64,000 bases of DNA, taken from assembly GCA_963735035.1 (NCBI GenBank), contig CAVTJJ010000004.1, forward strand, positions 1,056,001 through 1,120,000, read 5' to 3'. Positions 43,585-52,470 of the stretch are shown piece after piece (position 1 is the first letter of the stretch; each line of letters starts with the position of its first letter). Below the pieces are notes generated by a model. The model saw only the letters and a program-made list of their open reading frames with translations. It did not search any database and was not told where the DNA came from. Source of the stretch: an uncultured candidate division Zixibacteria bacterium (GTDB lineage: Bacteria; Zixibacteria; MSB-5A5; GN15; FEB-12). The position numbers and the translations under genes were made by a program.

Positions 43585-43594
43585 AACTCGCTAA

Positions 43595-44830
43595 TCAACC
43601 GTAGATCAGCTTAAGCTCACCGATCTTTCTCGGAATATTCACCGAGTTTGCACACCGGGCGACACAGGTGTCGCACGATGAACAGGTCTTGACCGACCGG
43701 CGATTGTCTATTTCATCCAGAGTCTGACGTGCAAGCTGAAAGTCGGCGTACTGTACGGCATACATGTGTGTCCGCATCAGGCTGGGGACGTCGGCGTTGC
43801 GTGGACAACTGGCCAGGCACTTGCGGCATTGGCGGCAGAATTCCATACCGAGCGTGATCTGATTGTCGGCCAGAAAACGTGATTCCTCGTCGGTCAGATT
43901 CAGATTACTCGCAATGGGGAAATTGGCCCGAAGGTGATCGAAATTACCTGTGCCCGGAATCGCAGTGCCGACACTTTCATTTCGCAAGACCCATTTGAGG
44001 GCGGCTGAATTGACGACCGTGCCCGGGTACTGTCTGAGCGTTTCCGGATTGGGAAACCGCGCTCCTCCCGCCAGCACTTTCATCGCGATTATGCCCACAC
44101 CGTGCGACGCGGCGTTGGCGATCGCGCCCATCATGGCGGTGTCGGAAGCCATCGTGAAATTGAACGAAGTCAGGATGACATCGTAAATACCTGTCTCGAC
44201 CGCGGCGTTGATGACATTGGCCATGTCCTGATGAGTGGAGAGGCCGACAAACCGCGCCTTGCCTTCCTTCTTCAGCGCTACCAGGGCATCATTAGTGGCC
44301 TGATTCTTAACCGTGGCGGGCTCACGGACATCGTACAACTGCAGAACATCAACGTAGTCCATCTTCAATCGTTTCAGGCTGGCCTGCACGGATGTATCAA
44401 TGGCCGCCTTTACTTTTTCGGGGGCAGTGGCGTTGCGCTGTGGTGGGCCGAAAGCCTTGGTGACGATAATCACTTTGTCGCGAACTTTCATTTGCTGCAT
44501 GACCGCACCGATCATCTGCTCGTTGCGGCCGTAGGCGTAGGTGTCCGACGTATCAAACAGCCTCATGCCGGCGTCATAGCAGGCTTGCACCAATGTCGGG
44601 TCATTGCAGGCTCCCGCGCCCATGCTGACAATCGGCACTTCGATTCCGGACCGTCCCAGCTTGCGGGTGATTGTCTTGCCGGTCGTGGTTGATTTAGGTG
44701 CGGCTTTTTCTTCGGCCCGGACCAAACTGGGAGTGACGGTCGTAAGGCCGGCGGTCGCCAGACCGGCTGTCGCCAGGCTGGCGAGCGAAGTCGTTACAAA
44801 TTCTCTCCGACTGAATTCCTTGTTTTCCAT
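43595..44830 (-). CDS. Aldo/keto reductase with twin-arginine signal and C-terminal Fe-S domain
   Basis: SRREFV signal, RKLGRSG, FDTSDTY, SLKRLKMDYVD, RFVGLSTH, IAMKVLAGG, CRQCRKCLASCP and CSSCDTCVARC. Confidence 0.88.
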   Translation of the reverse strand: MENKEFSRREFVTTSLASLATAGLATAGLTTVTPSLVRAEEKAAPKSTTTGKTITRKLGRSGIEVPIVSMGAGACNDPTLVQACYDAGMRLFDTSDTYAYGRNEQMIGAVMQQMKVRDKVIIVTKAFGPPQRNATAPEKVKAAIDTSVQASLKRLKMDYVDVLQLYDVREPATVKNQATNDALVALKKEGKARFVGLSTHQDMANVINAAVETGIYDVILTSFNFTMASDTAMMGAIANAASHGVGIIAMKVLAGGARFPNPETLRQYPGTVVNSAALKWVLRNESVGTAIPGTGNFDHLRANFPIASNLNLTDEESRFLADNQITLGMEFCRQCRKCLASCPRNADVPSLMRTHMYAVQYADFQLARQTLDEIDNRRSVKTCSSCDTCVARCANSVNIPRKIGELKLIYG

Positions 44831-44902
44831 TGTATTCAATAACTCCTTTCGGTCATTGGCAGCGTCGTTCGAAATTCTTCTTCGATGTTCAATCGGGAAA
44901 TC

Positions 44903-46528
44903 TCACTTGCTCTCACCTGCGGGTTTGCCCTGCGCGGCAATTTCCTGCTCGAGTCTTTGTATGTTGGCCGGGATGCTGGTCTCGAGTTGCGTGCGCATGG
45001 CCGGCATTAGCTGAGTGTCATTCGGCAAGATCTCCAGAGCTTTCCGGTAGTTAGCCAGGCCGGTTGCCAGATCGCCGCTGGCCGCGCAGGCTTCGCCGTA
45101 ACTGTCCCAGGCGTTGGCTGAAGTAGGCCAGGCGGCTACACCCCACGCGAAGATTTGCACCGCCGATGGCAGGTCGCCGCGCTGCAAGAACTGATAGCCC
45201 AGTTGGGTCCAGGCACCGTCGGCCAGAAGAGGTGTCTCCACAGTGGGAATCTTGAAACTCTCACACAACTCTCTGGCATGTGTAAGGCCGTGGGTTTGTA
45301 TTATATTGAGGAATTGATCTCCGGTCGGGGGGAGGTCCTCCGCATCCCTGCGATAAAACACAGTGCCCTCTCCGACCTGGCCTACGGAGCCGGGTCGAGG
45401 GCCCAACCAGTCAAGGCTGGCTTGATTATCGTTCAACGTGGCGTCGAAAAATCGCCGCAGGTACTCACCAAGGACGGCCTGCGCCTTACTTGCCTCCTCA
45501 ATCGTGCGAGTAGTGTCAATCCCAGCGACGGCGCTGATGATGCCATAGACGCTGAATTCGGCCGGTCTGACCGAAGGTACGTAGGCCGAATAGAGTCGGC
45601 AATAGCGCATCCCACCGTCTGGGTTCGGATCGGGATTTACCACAAATTGGCTTGGCCAGAGCTGAAGCCAGGGAACCCTCATGCGCTTTGGATCATAGCT
45701 GTTGCTCTTGTACAGAGCTGCCCACTCACCGTCACCTACAACTTCCTTACCATGGAGAGTTGCGACCGCATTAACCGCAAAATTCCGCATCTGATGGATA
45801 AATGCCGTAGTGACACCGTAGTTGTATCCGATCAAGCCCAGCTTTTCGGTATTTACGAATTCGAGGCCGCGCATGGTCGCGACCGCCTGCTCCTTGTCGC
45901 GTGTGACAGCTTCGACATCCGATGCTTGTTCGGTAGCGTTGACCGTCGCCCCGCCGACCGTGTGAGTCGTGGCCACTACAAACCCGTGAGTGGCCAGGTA
46001 CTCACAAAGCACTACGTTCTGGTTGTAACCGCCGTTCTCGCTCCCGTGATAAACTATCAGAGGGAAGACCCCTCTCGCCGGGGAAGCGTCACGGATAGCT
46101 CTCAATTCGTAATTCATAATTTGAGAGGCCAATCCCTGGTTGTTGCCGATCCTTGCATATATTGACCCTATGTCGCGATTTTGGAGACTTGACAGTAACG
46201 CGAAGAGTCTCGAATCGGCCGGATATGGGAATGAGTATTCTCCGTAGGTCATGGCCGTGCCGTTTGTGTCGACCGCCGGGTACCAATAACAAATCTGTAT
46301 CGGTCGGGCGGTTTCTCCTTCGATCGGAGTCCCGAAATAGTCTCGTGCCGGTTGAAAAGTCCGCGAGTAGTCAAAGAGCTCGATCGTTTTGAAGCCCACG
46401 CCGTACGGCCCCGGCTCCAATCCACCCCAGAGAGGCGGCTTCTCGCCAAACGTCGATGTCGCCGTCAGCAGGAACGCGAACCCAACGAGCAGCATCGTCT
46501 TACGAACGGTTGCAGTAGATTTGGTCAT
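44903..46528 (-). CDS. Secreted alpha/beta-hydrolase-fold protein (PAF-AH/dienelactone hydrolase-like) with C-terminal TPR
   Basis: PGPYGVG, RPIQICYWYPA, FPLIVYHG, EYLATHGFVV, elbow GYNYG, TPR SANAWDSYGEA. Confidence 0.75.
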   Translation of the reverse strand: MTKSTATVRKTMLLVGFAFLLTATSTFGEKPPLWGGLEPGPYGVGFKTIELFDYSRTFQPARDYFGTPIEGETARPIQICYWYPAVDTNGTAMTYGEYSFPYPADSRLFALLSSLQNRDIGSIYARIGNNQGLASQIMNYELRAIRDASPARGVFPLIVYHGSENGGYNQNVVLCEYLATHGFVVATTHTVGGATVNATEQASDVEAVTRDKEQAVATMRGLEFVNTEKLGLIGYNYGVTTAFIHQMRNFAVNAVATLHGKEVVGDGEWAALYKSNSYDPKRMRVPWLQLWPSQFVVNPDPNPDGGMRYCRLYSAYVPSVRPAEFSVYGIISAVAGIDTTRTIEEASKAQAVLGEYLRRFFDATLNDNQASLDWLGPRPGSVGQVGEGTVFYRRDAEDLPPTGDQFLNIIQTHGLTHARELCESFKIPTVETPLLADGAWTQLGYQFLQRGDLPSAVQIFAWGVAAWPTSANAWDSYGEACAASGDLATGLANYRKALEILPNDTQLMPAMRTQLETSIPANIQRLEQEIAAQGKPAGESK

Positions 46529-46615
46529 TTGTTTATCCAACCTGATTAAGGGTGCCCTATAGCAACTGAGACGGACGGAACGGACTTCCCGTGCAATCGT
46601 CGATCAGCAAATATA

Positions 46616-48985
46616 CTAATGCTTCGATTCCGAACGCCGCAGGTCTGAAAGCTCGTCATATTTCATAACCAGAGCCGTGGCAACGGTTTTCGTTAGACCA
46701 TTCTTTATCGCCAGACGATACGCTCGCACCGCCAATTCCCGCTGTTTTCTAAACGAGTAGCGGTCGCCCAGGAGCCGCAGTTCGTCGGCGGAAATGTCTT
46801 TCATAGATTCCAGCGCGTTCAAATAGACCACTGAACTGTCAATGCGACCCACAAACAACTGAATTGAGGCCAGTTCAATCAACGCCTCAGACTGCTTTGG
46901 ATCCATCTCAAGAGCTCTTTGAAGATACTTCTCGGCTGTGGCAAACGAAACGTTGGATCGAGCCTGATCCGTATTCACCTGGTCATAACCTTCACTCGCC
47001 CACGCCCGGCCCAGACGGCATAACACCAGCGGATCGTCCGGGTGCAAACTTACCGCTCTGGCAAGATAGTACCGCGACGAATCAGGGAAACTCAACTTCT
47101 CATAAGCGAACGCCATGTTGACGTAGACACGGGACTGCGTACTGTCCAGGCTCAACGCCTGTTTGAGCGGGGCAAGTGCCGAATCAGCTTTGTCGGTTCG
47201 CGTGAGACTTTCACCAATGCGGTTGAGCATTGAATAAGTGAACGGCTGCATCTTGCCGTGGACGATGCGATCGACCCAAAACTGTTCGGTTTCTTTGATT
47301 TCCTCAGTCGAGATTTCGTACTCGCGACGGATGAAGGCGGCCGACTGGTTCGCGACCATACCGTAGTTGAGCGAGAACGATTCCAGATACCACTGTGGCG
47401 GCATGCGGTCGTGAGCCATGTAGCGCATGTGGCGCGGACGCTCTGGATTGCGGGCGATGACATAATCGTTCAGCCCGAACGCATCTAGAATAGCCACCTT
47501 CGGAAACACCCAGCCCGGCACCCCGACCGATTGAAAGGCCGCGATCGGGTGCTCCCCGGCGCCCGGGGGTACATCCATCGACCGAGAGGGATAGTGCTGC
47601 ACCATGAATTCGTAAAAAACCTTGTGCTCCTGATGACGCATGCAGACGTGATGCTCAATCAACCAGAACTGCAGCTCGTCAAATGCGCTCGCGTACCAGC
47701 GGACCGGGGCCGGGAATTCCGGAGCGACTGGGACCCGCATGATCCAGGTATCTCCACGGCCGACATAATCCCGGGTCATAAGCCAGTGCGTCCATTGAAT
47801 AGGCCACGACAACACCACAAAGAACGCCAGCACACAGGCGGCGAGGTAGATGTCGGTGAAAAGTCGATTCAACAACCAGAGCGATGACAAGAATATCAGT
47901 GGAATGAGGTAGCTGAAGACACGGTATTCGAAATGGTCGCCGCCTATCAAGATTGTGTAATACCCTATGTGGGCCACGACAGTGCCAATGATAACCAGCA
48001 GAGCGAAGTGGCGACCAGATTCGCTTTCCTGTGGAGGAAACATCAGGCTGCGCAATGACCGCATCGGTCCAAGCAGCGACCTGCCTTCTCTCCGCTGTCT
48101 ACGGACCCACAGCGCAATTACCCACCCAAGCCCCAGCACCCAAACCCACAGACCGTACTCCAATATGAGTGACGCCAGATAGCGCCATCCGGACTCCGGC
48201 CAGGCAGCCAGATATTTGGCATAGTAGGTATTGGGCAGCCACTCTCCATAGAATGACCGCCGCCAAGCTAGATGAATCACCGGTATTATTACGGGCGAGA
48301 TCGAAATCAGTCGGGACGGCGCGAGCTGGCCCGCCCGCCTGAGTTCCACAAGGCGATGTATTACCAGTACGGCGGTGCTGAGAAGTATCAGCAGGCCGTC
48401 GGGACGGGTCAGATGCGTCAACGCGGCAATCGCTGTCAGTCCGAACAGCCAGAGACTTTCACGACGTTTCGGGAAGACCGCCACGAAGATCCAAAGCGTG
48501 ACGAAAAAATTAAACATCGCCGTTTCCAGGCCGGAACTGGTCCACGCCAGGAAGGTTCGATTGGTAAGTATCCCGAGTAACCCCAGCGACACGAGCAACA
48601 GGCGATAACGCGCCAGACGCTCGTTGAGCGATATCCGCATGAACATCCAAACCGTTAGGAACAGTGTGGCATAAGAAAATACTAGCGCCACGGTATTCGC
48701 GATAGAAGGCGGCTCGGTTCCGAACAGCCGCCAGATACCCTCCATCAGGACGACCCATAAGAAGCTGGTGTAACCTTCGACCGGCCGGAATGGTGGGGGA
48801 TTCCAGACATAACCGTAGCCGAGCAGACTGTTGCTGGCGTACCGGAAAGCAATCATGGCGTCATCGGTCATGAACCAGAAGAGCTTCCACCCCAGATAAA
48901 GTAGTACGGCAGCCAGGGCTACAATTATCGCCAACCAGATGGTTCTCGAATTGTCGCGCAGGCCAGGTTGTTCCGTCATAGTCAT
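46616..48985 (-). CDS. GT-C-like polytopic membrane glycosyltransferase with C-terminal TPR repeats
   Basis: TDDAMIAFRYA..G.GYVWN, VEGYTSFLW, SGLET, LTRPDG, LPNTYYAK, GGDHFEYR, D.FGLND; TPR helices in the last ~200 aa. Confidence 0.7.
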   Translation of the reverse strand: MTMTEQPGLRDNSRTIWLAIIVALAAVLLYLGWKLFWFMTDDAMIAFRYASNSLLGYGYVWNPPPFRPVEGYTSFLWVVLMEGIWRLFGTEPPSIANTVALVFSYATLFLTVWMFMRISLNERLARYRLLLVSLGLLGILTNRTFLAWTSSGLETAMFNFFVTLWIFVAVFPKRRESLWLFGLTAIAALTHLTRPDGLLILLSTAVLVIHRLVELRRAGQLAPSRLISISPVIIPVIHLAWRRSFYGEWLPNTYYAKYLAAWPESGWRYLASLILEYGLWVWVLGLGWVIALWVRRQRREGRSLLGPMRSLRSLMFPPQESESGRHFALLVIIGTVVAHIGYYTILIGGDHFEYRVFSYLIPLIFLSSLWLLNRLFTDIYLAACVLAFFVVLSWPIQWTHWLMTRDYVGRGDTWIMRVPVAPEFPAPVRWYASAFDELQFWLIEHHVCMRHQEHKVFYEFMVQHYPSRSMDVPPGAGEHPIAAFQSVGVPGWVFPKVAILDAFGLNDYVIARNPERPRHMRYMAHDRMPPQWYLESFSLNYGMVANQSAAFIRREYEISTEEIKETEQFWVDRIVHGKMQPFTYSMLNRIGESLTRTDKADSALAPLKQALSLDSTQSRVYVNMAFAYEKLSFPDSSRYYLARAVSLHPDDPLVLCRLGRAWASEGYDQVNTDQARSNVSFATAEKYLQRALEMDPKQSEALIELASIQLFVGRIDSSVVYLNALESMKDISADELRLLGDRYSFRKQRELAVRAYRLAIKNGLTKTVATALVMKYDELSDLRRSESKH

Positions 48986-49082
48986 TCCGGTTAGAATTCT
49001 TCGTCGGATTATACTCATATCGGGGCTGGGGAGCAACCGGACTTACGGACCTTGCCAATCAGCCCATTTACACTTATGAATC

Positions 49083-49111
49083 TGGACGTGTGCCCGCCCG
49101 TTTAGTATTGT
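49083..49111 (+). promoter_or_regulatory. sigma70-type promoter of dpaL, probably leaderless
   Basis: TGGACG-17 nt-TATTGT, with ATG at 49117 five nt downstream and no SD sequence. Confidence 0.45.
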
Positions 49112-49116
49112 AGACC

Positions 49117-50310
49117 ATGCGCCACGCCGTACTGAATCGATTTCATCAGATACGACCCTCATGGGACGGGTCGATCACCGACCCTTTTCTAGTGCCCGAT
49201 ATCACGCCGTTGCATCGTTCGATTGACGGTTATGCGCCTACGCCGCTGATCGAATTGCCTTCCTTGGCTGAGCGTTTAGGTGTGAAGCGAATTCTCGTGA
49301 AAGATGAATCCCATCGATTCGGATTGAAAGCCTTCAAAGCCCTCGGAGCTTCTTACGCCGCCTATCGATTCGTGAGGGAATACCTCGAAAGCAAGGGACG
49401 GCGCTGTCCCGAAGCGAGTGAATTCTATCGCCAGGGCGGGGTCCTGGGCCCGTCGGAATTCACATACTGTACGGCAACCGACGGCAACCACGGCCGTGGG
49501 GTGGCCTGGACTGCGCGGCAGTTGGGACAGCAGGCGGTAATATATATGCCGGCTGGATCAGTCACGGCCAGGGTCGAAAATATCCGCCGGGAAGGTGCTC
49601 GCGTAGTTCTGGTAGATGGCACCTATGACGACGCGGTTCGACAGTGCGCCCACGATGCCCGGACCGAAGGCTGGCAGGTGATCTCCGATACTTCCTGGCC
49701 AGGATACGAACAGATCTCGCGCTGGATCATGGCCGGTTATCTGACTCTGTTCCGTGAGATTGAGGAAGTTCTTCCCGACGCCAAAGTCGATTGTGTCATA
49801 ATTCAAGGCGGGGTGGGGGCGTTGGCAGGAACGGCTGCGTGGTATATTCGTCAATCGTCACCCTGGCCCGAGGCGAAACTTGTCTCGGTTGAACCGGTCG
49901 AGGCGGCCTGCCTTCTGGAATCTATCGATTCGCCGACGGGCGAACCGGTACAAAGCAAAGGTCGACAGGACAGCATCATGGCCGGGCTCAATTGCGGGTA
50001 TCCGTCACCGGCGGCCTGGCCCCTTATTAAGCCGGCTTTTGACCTGTTTCTGGCTGTACTGGACGCGGCCTGTGTACGGGCCATGCGGCAGTACTTCTAC
50101 CCCGTGGACTCGGATCCGAGAATCATATCGGGCGAATCGGGAGCTGCCGGCCTGGCCGCGCTCATGAGTCTCATGCAGGACAAGGCGTTCGAGACTTCCC
50201 GAAAGCAGGTTCGGCTCGGTCCGGAATCCACCGTTCTGTTGGTCAACACCGAGGGAGATACCGATCCGGCCGGGTTTGAGGCCGTTGTAAAGTCTGGCGA
50301 TTCGTGGTGA
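49117..50310 (+). CDS. dpaL: Diaminopropionate ammonia-lyase (PLP-dependent)
   Basis: KDESHRFGLKAFKALG, ATDGNHGRG, ISDTSWPGY, SIMAGLNCG, SGESGAAG, NTEGDTDP. Confidence 0.9.
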   Translation: MRHAVLNRFHQIRPSWDGSITDPFLVPDITPLHRSIDGYAPTPLIELPSLAERLGVKRILVKDESHRFGLKAFKALGASYAAYRFVREYLESKGRRCPEASEFYRQGGVLGPSEFTYCTATDGNHGRGVAWTARQLGQQAVIYMPAGSVTARVENIRREGARVVLVDGTYDDAVRQCAHDARTEGWQVISDTSWPGYEQISRWIMAGYLTLFREIEEVLPDAKVDCVIIQGGVGALAGTAAWYIRQSSPWPEAKLVSVEPVEAACLLESIDSPTGEPVQSKGRQDSIMAGLNCGYPSPAAWPLIKPAFDLFLAVLDAACVRAMRQYFYPVDSDPRIISGESGAAGLAALMSLMQDKAFETSRKQVRLGPESTVLLVNTEGDTDPAGFEAVVKSGDSW

Positions 50311-50457
50311 CCGGGATATACAAGTGGGCAAAAATACCGCTTTTCAGGATCGAATAGCGGCTATATCCTTGGGCCATGTTCTACTCGTTCTACAAGAGGT
50401 TGGTCTCATCATTATGATCCGGGTTCCCGCAGCCGGGTCGCTTTATCCCAAGGAGTA

Positions 50458-52470
50458 TTGTCGTTGAATCGCTTCCCCGATAGTCTTGCTACCGAGACCC
50501 CAATGCAAAGCTGCAAAGAGACTTATGAAGCCTCACGTCGCCGGGTGGGCTATGTGCCCCGGTCCGAGGCCGTTTCGGAGACTTATTCAGCCCTGGGTTT
50601 CAAGAGTGGGTTGGAAATCCACCAGCAGTTGCTGACCGCGAAGAAGTTGTTTTGTCATTGTCCGGCCGGACTTTATCAGCACGGTGAGTACGATGCCGAA
50701 GTTGTCCGTCACATGCGCCCGACTCTCAGCGAGATGGGGGAGTACGACGGCACCGCCCTTATGGAAAAGCGCACGCGCAAGACGATCATATATCGCATCA
50801 AGAAAGAAACCGCCTGCACCTACGATATCGATGACACGCCGCCGTTCAAGATTGACCGCACCGCGGTTGATATCGCGTTGGAAGTCGCCCTCATGCTGGG
50901 CTGCAATCTTGTGGGCGAATTGCACGTGGCTCGAAAGCAATATCTCGACGGCAGTATTCCAACCGGATTCCAGCGGACCGGTATCGTTGGAATTGAAGGC
51001 CAGATTCCGCTCAGCCACAAGAAGGTCCGCATCATCCAGCTTAGCATCGAAGAAGATTCCTGCCGGGAAGTCTCCGATATCGGTCATCTCCGGATATACA
51101 CTACCGACCGCCTCGGCATGCCGCTGATCGAGACCGTCACATACCCCGACATGCTTACCCCTGACGAAGTGGCAGAAGCGGCTCACTATCTCCGCCTGCT
51201 GGTAAGAACTTCCGGTAAAGTGCGAACCGGGATTGGCGCTGCCCGCGAAGATGTCAATGTCAGTATCACCGGTGGCACGCGAGTGGAAATAAAGGGCGTT
51301 TCGCACATTCGCTTGATTCCGGAATTGACCCACAACGAAGCTTTCCGGCAAAAGGCGCTTCTGCAAATCAAAGATATCGTCAGGGAGAAGCTGGGCGATC
51401 CCAAGAACTGGAAGGTGAGATCAAAAGAAATCACGCCCGGTCAATTCGAAAGCCTTCCGACCGTCATCTCCGAGCATCTCAAACCGAACGATCATGTGGT
51501 AGCCGTCAATCTCCCGGGGTTCCTGGGTCTGCTCTCGTATTTCACTCAACCGGGGAAGTGCTTCGCGAATGAGATCAGTGAGCGCCTGAAAGTTATTGCG
51601 TGTATCGAAAGACCCAATCTGGTTCATAGCGAATCGGAAGGCTGGTTTGATGATCGTGACGCATCGGAGATCAAACGCCTGCTCAACGCCGGTGACGCCG
51701 ATTCACAGATCGTCTATTGGGGGCCGGCCGACGATATGACTACCGCTACGGAGACGATCGAAGAACGCTGCAAGATGGCTTTCGACGGCGTTCCTAACGA
51801 AACCCGCAAGTCATTCCCCGACGGTACTACCATTTTCGAGCGGGTGTTGCCGGGTCCTGACCGCATGTACCCCGACACGGACTCGGCGCCGATTTCGATT
51901 CCAGCCGAGCATATCGAAACCATCCGAAAGCGCATGGTGAAAGTCCTGCCGGATTGGATCGAGCGGCTTCATCGCTGGAAGGTGCCGGTCGATACGCATC
52001 GCTATTTGATCCGGGGCAATCTGGTTCCGCTTATAGAAAAGATCGCTCTGACTACTGGATGGACTGAGAAGTATGTGGCATTGCTCTTCGGACATACATT
52101 GAAAGGCCTCGAACGTCGTCGGCCACGCGATGAGCGCTTCAAGCCGGAATTGCTCGCGTCACTCTGCGAGACTGTCCAGGCTTGCGGATGCGATCGCGCC
52201 TTGGTGAAAGAAGCGCTGTCGATTCTCTATGACGATATTTCCCGTTCACCCGAGGAAATCGTGAAGACGCTGTACGCTGACAAGCGTTCACTCCCCGACG
52301 CTATTGGCGGTGTGAAGACGCTGTCAGAGGAGTTCGACCGCATCAGTAAATCGCGGCATCCGGAAGCGCGACAGCGCTGGATTGTCGGAGCGCTACGACC
52401 GGCGGTGCTGGGGAAGGCCGATCTTAGACAACTGGCCGAGGCGGTCACCAGGGAGTTGAGTCATGTCTGA
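50458..52470 (+). CDS. gatE: Glu-tRNA(Gln) amidotransferase subunit E (archaeal type)
   Basis: GLEIHQQL, KLFCHCP, DGSIPTGFQRT, EEDSCR, DRLGMPLIE, REDVNVSI.GG.RVEIKGV, AspRS-like insertion, VPNETR, LPGPDRMYPDTD; start is TTG at 50458 or 50464. Confidence 0.92.
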   Translation: MSLNRFPDSLATETPMQSCKETYEASRRRVGYVPRSEAVSETYSALGFKSGLEIHQQLLTAKKLFCHCPAGLYQHGEYDAEVVRHMRPTLSEMGEYDGTALMEKRTRKTIIYRIKKETACTYDIDDTPPFKIDRTAVDIALEVALMLGCNLVGELHVARKQYLDGSIPTGFQRTGIVGIEGQIPLSHKKVRIIQLSIEEDSCREVSDIGHLRIYTTDRLGMPLIETVTYPDMLTPDEVAEAAHYLRLLVRTSGKVRTGIGAAREDVNVSITGGTRVEIKGVSHIRLIPELTHNEAFRQKALLQIKDIVREKLGDPKNWKVRSKEITPGQFESLPTVISEHLKPNDHVVAVNLPGFLGLLSYFTQPGKCFANEISERLKVIACIERPNLVHSESEGWFDDRDASEIKRLLNAGDADSQIVYWGPADDMTTATETIEERCKMAFDGVPNETRKSFPDGTTIFERVLPGPDRMYPDTDSAPISIPAEHIETIRKRMVKVLPDWIERLHRWKVPVDTHRYLIRGNLVPLIEKIALTTGWTEKYVALLFGHTLKGLERRRPRDERFKPELLASLCETVQACGCDRALVKEALSILYDDISRSPEEIVKTLYADKRSLPDAIGGVKTLSEEFDRISKSRHPEARQRWIVGALRPAVLGKADLRQLAEAVTRELSHV

